Assembly: GCF_009914755.1 (NCBI RefSeq)
Contig: NC_060939.1
Length of the DNA: 64,000 nucleotides
Direction: 5' to 3' (one strand)
Source: the human T2T-CHM13v2.0 reference genome, Homo sapiens
This document shows, in pieces, positions 59,216 through 64,000 of this stretch. Numbering within the stretch: position 1 is the stretch's first letter; each line of letters opens with the position of its first letter. A model generated the notes under the pieces. That model was not told where the DNA came from and ran no database searches. It saw nothing but the letters and a program-made list of their open reading frames with translations. Made by a program: the position numbers and the translations under genes.

Positions 59216-59942
59216 TAAAAAAGTAGTTGAACATTGTCAATAATTAATAAAATACTCATGTATTTTTACAATTTCTAGGTTCATCATTTTTATATATCCT
59301 ATTCCTTCCCTCTGAGCTCATTTTCTTGTTGAAGTATACCTTTTAATTATTTTTAGTGATGACCTGTGGTAACTATATTTCCTTATCTTTGAATATCTGA
59401 AAATAGCTTCATTTTGTCTTCATTCTTGAGTGTTTTACTGTGCATAAAATTCTACATGATAATTATGCATTTTGAACATATTGCTGTATTGGTTTTTGGC
59501 AGCTCTTATCGCTAAGATGAAGTTTGCTACCAGTCTAACTGTACATTTTACATAATCTGTCTCTACTCTAGTAGTTTAAAGTATTTTCTTCTTCTCTTTG
59601 ATCTTTTGCAGTTTCACTGTGATGCCTTTATTCAATTCTTGAAAATTATCAGGTGTTTTATGTCAAATAGTGCTAATTCTTCTTTTCTTTCCATTCTCTT
59701 CATCCAGAACTCCAAATAAACATCAATGGAGCCCCACAGTTTATACTCTATCATTCTGAACCATTCTTTCACACTTTTTATCTGTTCTTCTGCTATTTTT
59801 AAGATATAGTCCTTAATATTAATACTATGACCCAAGCTATTAATTCTACTTCCAGTCTAGATTTTTTTTCCCTGTCAAGTTTATTTTTAATTTCAAAGGT
59901 ATATTTTTACTTCCTAGAGTTCAGTTTTTAAATCACCTATGA

Positions 59943-60420
<478 letters not shown>

Positions 60421-61213
60421 TGAAAGTTATGTCATGGCTTTCTTAATATTTGATTTATGCATGTTTGTAGTTTTGGTTTGCAGGTGCATTTTGGGTGAGA
60501 GGCTTTTTGTTTTATTCTGTCTCTTCCTCTATTATTCAGCAGCTTCATAGTTGCTTTCCTTGGGCACCTAGGGCTCCAGGTCATATAAATGGCAATTCAG
60601 TGGTTGGAGTTCCAGCACTGATACTGAAGATATTGCAGATACAGTTACTGAGCTGGCAGGTGGCTTGGTTCAATTCTTGGTTGTGAAACTGTGTGCTCTC
60701 TCTTCTTCCCTAGGCTTAAAGCTTCCTATTAAGCTGCTGTAATCAGTAGCAATTTTTATTCCACCTCCTTTTAGGAGAAGAAAAGACCCAAGCTCTGACT
60801 GTAGGTTGTGAACATAGCTGTTGTATGGGGCATTTAGCCCCCTTTTATTCCAATCCTAGTCACAACAGTCTGCCTCCGGACAAGGAGCACAACAGAATTA
60901 TGAATGGCTTCTGCTAATTTTACTATTTGGTGTTTATATTCACTCTATTTCTAGTCCATAGAAATCCCAGTTTTGTTTTTGACAGCCTATGTCCTCTTCT
61001 GTTTAAAATTTTTTTATTTTTATTTTTTATGTATTTGGAGGAGAAGGATGTGTCAATGTATAAACTTACTGTGTCAAGACAACCCAAAACTTTCCCCAAC
61101 TATCTGGAAACCTTGTCTTTCCCATTGGCTTACATAACACTTCACTCTGATTTTCCCCACCAGTCTAACATTTATCTTTGTCTTTGGAGGCTCTTCTCTT
61201 TTTGCCTTTAAAT

Positions 61214-61405
61214 CAGGGGTCAACAAACTTTTTCTTAAAGAACCAGATAGTAAACAGTACAAGTTTTGCAGGCCAAGAAGCAAAATCAAGGACTTTAGAT
61301 AAAATGTAATCATTAATAAATGTAAAAGCCATTCTTAGTTGGTGGGCAACTGAAAACAGGCAGTGGGCCAGATTTGGTCTATGGGCTATAGTTTGCCAAC
61401 CTCTG
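61214..61405. mobile_element. MER58 (hAT-Charlie) relic
   Basis: TIR-like ends caggggtcaacaaact...agtttgccaacctctg. Confidence 0.75.
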
Positions 61406-61439
61406 CCTTAAATAATAATATTCCTTATGTTTTTCTTTT

Positions 61440-63180
61440 TTTGTCCTGTCTTCTTCATTCTATAGATTATCATCCATTTCTACTGTTTCCTTTACTATAT
61501 CTAAGCTGATGACCCCAAGCCTGTATCTCGAGTCTAGATCTCTCTTCTAAATCTCATACTTTTACAGATAACTTTCTACCAGGTATCTTACCACCATTTG
61601 GATGTCCCATAAGCACATCAACATGTCCAGAGAGGAATCTGTTATTTTTCTTATAAGAAATTAAACCTGATCCTGAATGGCACCACCATCCATACTCCAT
61701 TTTTAGCTTCTTCCTTTTCCTTACTCTTCACAGCCAATATTGATTTAGTCTCTTAAACACTTTTCAAATGCATTTCTCCAGGTTCAAACAATCCCTATCG
61801 TCAGCTTACTTCAGGCTGCCACCATCTCACTTGAATATCCAAAATAGCTTAGAAGCTTTTCTGCTATAGGTTTGCCTTCCTCCAATCTACTCACCACATT
61901 GCAGCCTGAAAGATCTTTCCAAAATGCAAACTTTATCACTTCATTCTTCCTTCAGTGGCTCTCACTGTCTTTATCTGACTCATCACTAACCAGTCCCTGA
62001 TTATCTCTCTAGTCTCATCATTTACCATTCCCAACCTAGCTATGCTCCAGCCATTATGAATGACTGAAGCACCACACTTTCTTCTGTGCTTCTCTGGGTC
62101 TTAGCAAGTGCCATTCTCTGAAACACTGTTAAAAACGTCCTACTCATATCTGCCAAATCGTAGCTTCATTGTAACTTAAAAGTCATCTTTGATATTCGTT
62201 ACTGGATTTATGTGCTCTTATAGAACTTTGTTGTTGTTGTTTGAGACAGGGTGTTGCTCTGCTGCCCATGGGGGAGTGCATAGGCATGATCTCAGCTCAC
62301 TGCAACCTCTGCCTCTCAGGTTCAAACAATACTTGTGCCTCAGCCTCCCAAGTAGCTGGGATTACAGGCCTGTACCCTCACACCTGGCTAATTTTTTGGT
62401 ATGTTTAGGAGAGACAGGGTTTTGCCATGTTGCCCAGGGTGATCTCCAATTTCTGGCCTCAAGTGATCCACCCGCCTAAGCCTCCCAAAGTGATGGGAAT
62501 ACAGGTGTGAGCCACCATTCCCCGCCAGAACTTTGTATTTAACTTTTATTCACTGATTGATTCAACAAATGTTTAACAGACAAAAATCTCTACTTCTACT
62601 TCTAGGAATATTCTAGTTGGGGAAGAAAGTCATTAGCAATATGGTAGTATGTTAGATGGTCAGATGTAGTCCTTTATTACCCATAAGGACCACAAAGAAA
62701 AATAGAGAAGGGGGCCTCTGGGCTGTGGAGGTAGAGGGAGATACAATTTTAAATAGCGTGGTAAGAGAAGGCCTTCTGAGAAGTTGACATTTGAGTAAAG
62801 ACCTGAAGGAAGTGAGGAAAAAGTCATGCAACTATCTTGAGAAAGAACTTTCAGGCAGAGAGAAGAGTAAGTGCCAAGAGCCTAAGGCAGAAGAAAGCTG
62901 ACATATCCGAAGAATGGCAAGGGCCATGAGGCTGGAGCAGAGTTAATGAGGAGAGAAAGTAGTGAGAGAATAGGTCATACATGCAAAGAGTCGGGCAAAT
63001 CTAGAGCTTTCTAGGTGATTGTAAGTACTTTAGCTTTACTCTGAATATGATGAGGAGTCACTGGAGGGTACTGAGTAGGGAAGTGATGTGATCTGACTTA
63101 TGGATTACTCTGGAGGTTGTATAAAGAGCAGACTGAAAGTAGCAAGGATGGAAGCAAGAAGACCTGTTATTGTACAGCTT
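61440..63180. mobile_element. L2 fragments in both orientations
   Basis: tggatgtcccataagcac..., ttcaacaaatgttt..., gatgtgatctgacttatg motifs. Confidence 0.6.
62227..62525 (-). mobile_element. AluJ
   Basis: Alu match; TSD agaactttgt. Confidence 0.9.
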
Positions 63181-64000
63181 ATTATATTTTAACCACCTCT
63201 CTACTTGACTGAAGGCAGCTATTAGATTGAAGTGTCTTATGAGCAGGGTCTGACACACAGTTTAGGCATTCATATTGCTGGAGGAATGATCTACTTCCTA
63301 AGTTCTATTTTGAAAACAGTTTTTAGGAATGCAGGAATGTGCGCTAATGAGAACATACTGCATAATACCGTTACGCCTTTTAGTGGAGAGATGAAATATC
63401 CCTCCAAAGTATTAATAACAGGCAGAATATATCACAATAAAATATTCATCCATCAACTAAATTATCTATTTGTTGCAACTTATCCTTATCTTTTAATGAC
63501 CACATGACTCCTTGGTTTTCAATGAGCAGATGAATCCAGCTATCAGGCATCCAATTTACTTTTTGATTATTGTACCCTTTTGAAAGAGTAGTGTGCACAG
63601 TCACCCTGTAAACCATGTTCTGAACCTTTCAAGCCTAAATTATCTAAATGTGGTCTGAGAACGAGAAAAATTTAAAGGCATCATGTACTGGCCTCCACTG
63701 TCCCAAATATCTGTTCCAGAGGCACTATGGGAAATTTATTAACCTCTTTGTGGTCACACTTAGGAGGGTCTTGTTCTTCCTATGGTTTTTCCAAACAACT
63801 GAATTTGATGATTGTGTATCTGCACAGTTTCTGAGTTTGCACCAGGGAAATGAGAGAACATCTGTTTCCTGTGAATGAGCTATGTCTCTGGAAATTATCA
63901 CCATCATATATTAATTATGTACAGCACCATGGTTCACAAAACAATTTACAGTGCTGAGGAAGGAAAAAGCGAAAGGAAAGGAAGAGAGAGACAGAGGGAG

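Overview
Human (primate) genomic DNA, AT-rich and largely interspersed repeat. It is an internal, almost entirely intronic slice of SCAPER (15q24.3) on the minus strand. Two consecutive coding exons were found, 38031-38146 (116 nt) and 4383-4506 (124 nt). They splice in frame across a 33.5-kb intron to give ...NVADQIAFQAAGGLTALEHILQAVVPATNVNTVLRIPPK|SLCNAINVYNLTCNNCSENCSDVLFSNKITFLMDLLIHQLT.... The rest is a disrupted HMGN2 processed pseudogene (antisense to SCAPER), about 19 Alus, several L1s (including a four-layer nest and a twin-primed copy), MaLR solo LTRs, MER5A/MER58/MADE1 DNA-transposon relics and microsatellites. Almost all ORFs in the supplied track are repeat-derived or chance. I see no evidence of a new multi-gene system. 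The best leads are: (i) an in-frame candidate alternative terminal/cassette SCAPER exon with an A-encoded poly-Lys tract and its own AATAAA; (ii) other candidate cryptic exons; (iii) motif-dense unique islands that may be ISL2 enhancers, given the known ancient ISL2-SCAPER linkage; (iv) an unidentified polyadenylated ~170-nt retro-insertion; (v) several locally templated duplications, one of them a mosaic. Gene and repeat identities come from recognition by eye, not database searches, and repeat boundaries and subfamilies are approximate.
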